Shown piece after piece: positions 61,788-64,000 of a stretch of DNA of 64,000 nucleotides. The position numbers were made by a program, and so were the translations under genes. Under the pieces are notes generated by a model. That model was not told the origin of the DNA and searched no databases. It saw only the letters and a list, made by a program, of their open reading frames with translations. The number at the start of each line of letters is the position of its first letter. Position 1 is the first letter of the stretch. This DNA is from Candidatus Altimarinota bacterium (GTDB lineage: Bacteria; Patescibacteriota; Gracilibacteria; UBA4473). Location: positions 960,001-1,024,000 of the forward strand of contig OZ246423.1 of assembly GCA_965231215.1 (NCBI GenBank). Direction: 5' to 3'.

Positions 61788-62900
61788 TCACTTCCGCTCT
61801 AATATCTCACAGAAACCTAAAATTTCTTGTTTCTGTACTTTTTGTCGAAGACTTTCAACTGTATCATCCTCCTCTACGAGCAATTTTCTTTGTAGCACGC
61901 TTTCACCAGCATCTACCTCAGCGGTGATTCGGTGGATAGTGGCTCCCGTATATTTTTCTTCATATTCTAGTACTTTTTGATGTACTTCATCAGCCATAAG
62001 CCCCGCAAATTTTGGAAGGAGTGATGGATGTACATTCAGCGTAATGTCACCAAACTGGTCACAATAAACTTTTGAAAAAATGCGCATCCAACCGGCCAGC
62101 AACACCCAGTCTGGTTTAAATTCGCGAATGAGGTTAATAATTTCCCTATCGTATTCTTCTCGAGCTTCTCCTTTTTGTTCTTCTATCACTTCAATGTGTT
62201 TAATACCTGATTCTTTGGCTTTTTTTACAGCTCCGGCCTCTTTTTTATTGCTGACAAAAAGCGAAATTTCTACATTTGGGATTCGGCCTTTAGCTTTAGC
62301 ATCAATGAGTCCTTGGAGAGTCGTTCCATTGGAAGAAGAAAAGACCGCAACAGATCTTTGTTTTGGTGGTTTTGGGATTAAGTTTTTGGGAATAGCGGCA
62401 ATTATTTTAGCGGCTTCTTCCTTTGGATCGCCTTTAATGTTGGGGTTTACTTCAATGTCGGCAGTAGCTCCATAAATCCCTTTTCGTTGTTCCCAAGCTT
62501 GATCAATTTCTTGATGTAATGGAAGGTCTGGGTTGAGTCGCGGACGAGTGGTATCTTTTAGGAGGTATTTTCTGACATCAGAAAAATCTGGATTGAGAAA
62601 GATAAATTTTCCCGTCTTTTTTAGGTTTTGAAGGTTTTTAGAATTTTCAATGGTTCCGCCGCCACTGGCGATGATTCCTGAAAAATTTCTACAAAAGTCA
62701 TGTGCGACTTTTTGTTCTATTTCTCGAAATTGTTGCCATCCATATTTGTCAGTGTATTCAGGGATGCTCATTCCGGTTACAAATTCAATTTCTTCGTCTA
62801 TATCAGCGAAAGGTAAATTTAATTGAGCCGATATTTCACGACCAAAAGTACTCTTCCCGCTTCCACGAAATCCGATCAGTACTAAGTTTTGATTTAACAT
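61788..62900 (-). CDS. Fused shikimate kinase and phosphoribosylglycinamide formyltransferase
   Basis: GFRGSGKST, DIDEEIE, SGGG and RPRL (AroK); SSNGT, LAGWMRI, NVHPSLLPKF and TGATIH..VDAG (PurN). Confidence 0.9.
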   Translation of the reverse strand: MLNQNLVLIGFRGSGKSTFGREISAQLNLPFADIDEEIEFVTGMSIPEYTDKYGWQQFREIEQKVAHDFCRNFSGIIASGGGTIENSKNLQNLKKTGKFIFLNPDFSDVRKYLLKDTTRPRLNPDLPLHQEIDQAWEQRKGIYGATADIEVNPNIKGDPKEEAAKIIAAIPKNLIPKPPKQRSVAVFSSSNGTTLQGLIDAKAKGRIPNVEISLFVSNKKEAGAVKKAKESGIKHIEVIEEQKGEAREEYDREIINLIREFKPDWVLLAGWMRIFSKVYCDQFGDITLNVHPSLLPKFAGLMADEVHQKVLEYEEKYTGATIHRITAEVDAGESVLQRKLLVEEDDTVESLRQKVQKQEILGFCEILERK

Positions 62901-63057
62901 GAGTGGGTGACTTTTAGCAGATTTATTCTGAAAAATCAAGTTTCAATGTGACCTAAATTACATCCATTAAGGGGTTAATGTGACAATTTTGCTTCTTTTT
63001 TGTCAGAATTTTAGTACACTGTCACGGACTTGAATGATTGATCGTTTATAATTTTTG

Positions 63058-64000
63058 ATGAAAAAATTGTGTATTGTGGCTTTGACTTTATTTATAACCC
63101 CACAAGCTTTGGCGGGTTTTATTGATGAATCTGATATTCCTGTATGGGCTGAAGAAGCCATAGAAGTGGTAAAAGAAGCGGAGATTATGAAAGGGTTTGG
63201 AGATGGAAGTTTTCGCCCTAAACAAAATTTGACCCGAGCTGAAGCCGTAACGCTTATCACAAGAGCCAAAAAAGATTTTGAAGATTTCTATAACGGAGAA
63301 CCACAATTTCCAGACGTACCAAAGGGGGTGTGGTTTGAAGAAGCCGTAGGACACGCCGCCAATCATGGCTGGATCAAAGGGCATGATGATGGATTTTTCC
63401 GACCAGGGGATAACCTGACTCGAGCTGAATTTTCAGCTATGGTAATGCGAGCGTTCCACCTAGAATCAGGAGAACCTGAAGACCTTCCCTTTGCCGATGT
63501 GTCTGATAGGTTGTGGTTTTTTGGTCCAGTGAGTGCGTTATATGAAAATGATTTACTCCGAAACGCTCGAAACAAATATTACCGTCCAGCCAATCTTGTC
63601 AGCCGAGCTGAAGCGGCTTGGACTTTTGGACAGATTGTTCAACGCCCAGGGCTTACAGGAGAAATGGGAGAAGTGAGTCATGTTGATGGAGTAAAAGTGG
63701 ATACTCGGAGAGTGGCGATTAAACCTCGAGATTTTAACGTTAATGACCAGAGCTATGATATAGAGAGACAAGCGCTCCATGCAGACGCAACTCCAGCAAG
63801 TGAATCAGAAGTAAACATGAATATTAGCTCTGACTGGAAAGACATGGGCGTTTTACGCATCCGAAACACTTTAGATCACAAAGCAGACCTAGAATCTATT
63901 CGTCTCCGAATTCGATTCGACCGAGACGATATGGGGCCAAGGGAGGGATTTTGGTTACGCCTTACAGGATCAGGAGTAGAAAAAGATCAGCGTCTCTATA
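63058..64000 (+). CDS. S-layer homology (3x SLH) protein, runs off the window end
   Basis: Not in the ORF track. Translates as MKKLCIVALTL...GFGDGSFRPKQNLTRAEA...GHDDGFFRPGDNLTRAEF...YRPANLVSRAEA. Confidence 0.92.
   Translation, partial: MKKLCIVALTLFITPQALAGFIDESDIPVWAEEAIEVVKEAEIMKGFGDGSFRPKQNLTRAEAVTLITRAKKDFEDFYNGEPQFPDVPKGVWFEEAVGHAANHGWIKGHDDGFFRPGDNLTRAEFSAMVMRAFHLESGEPEDLPFADVSDRLWFFGPVSALYENDLLRNARNKYYRPANLVSRAEAAWTFGQIVQRPGLTGEMGEVSHVDGVKVDTRRVAIKPRDFNVNDQSYDIERQALHADATPASESEVNMNISSDWKDMGVLRIRNTLDHKADLESIRLRIRFDRDDMGPREGFWLRLTGSGVEKDQRLY

Noticed and set aside
63003-63780. Short minus-strand ORFs
   Set aside because: The real gene is the plus-strand SLH protein starting at 63058.
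1-64000. Genetic code 25 (UGA=Gly), as in some Gracilibacteria
   Set aside because: Long Gly-rich genes have no in-frame TGA, and TGA ends several genes at plausible C-termini.

Overview
Bacterial chromosomal DNA in the standard code 11, roughly 40% GC by eye. Weak Shine-Dalgarno signals, SLH proteins, a FemAB/MurF/DegT cluster and many secreted orphans suggest Patescibacteria (Gracilibacteria/Peregrinibacteria-like); this is an inference. (1) 1-10.4 kb: a modular array of secreted fibre adhesins built from phage-tail-fibre-like GNVGIGT modules, a 7-blade FG-GAP propeller, a C1q head and RCC1-like or Cys-rich tails. It contains a ~4.7 kb tandem duplication whose stalk half is essentially identical while the propeller loops are hypervariable. 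Each copy has a GGG-TAA +1 frame junction, and a recurrent 25-nt motif lies at the cassette ends. (2) 10.4-19.1 kb: an uncharacterised extracytoplasmic cluster with a gamma-carboxylase-like HTTM protein, a permease::Cys-rich::FG-GAP/ASPIC-UnbV fusion and two paralogous alpha/alpha-toroid lipoproteins. (3) 19-52 kb: housekeeping, envelope and redox genes (infB, murF-like, ccdA, msrB, ilvD, radC, CxxC-less TrxB-like, rsmF, rsmA, lgt, dgt, tyrA-pheA fusion) and an internally deleted IS1595 remnant. (4) 52-64 kb: a run of secreted proteins with Arg/Tyr-rich tails, a nested-repeat acidic giant protein, an aroK-purN fusion and a partial SLH protein. No rRNA, tRNA or CRISPR array was recognised. All calls are by eye and no searches were run.
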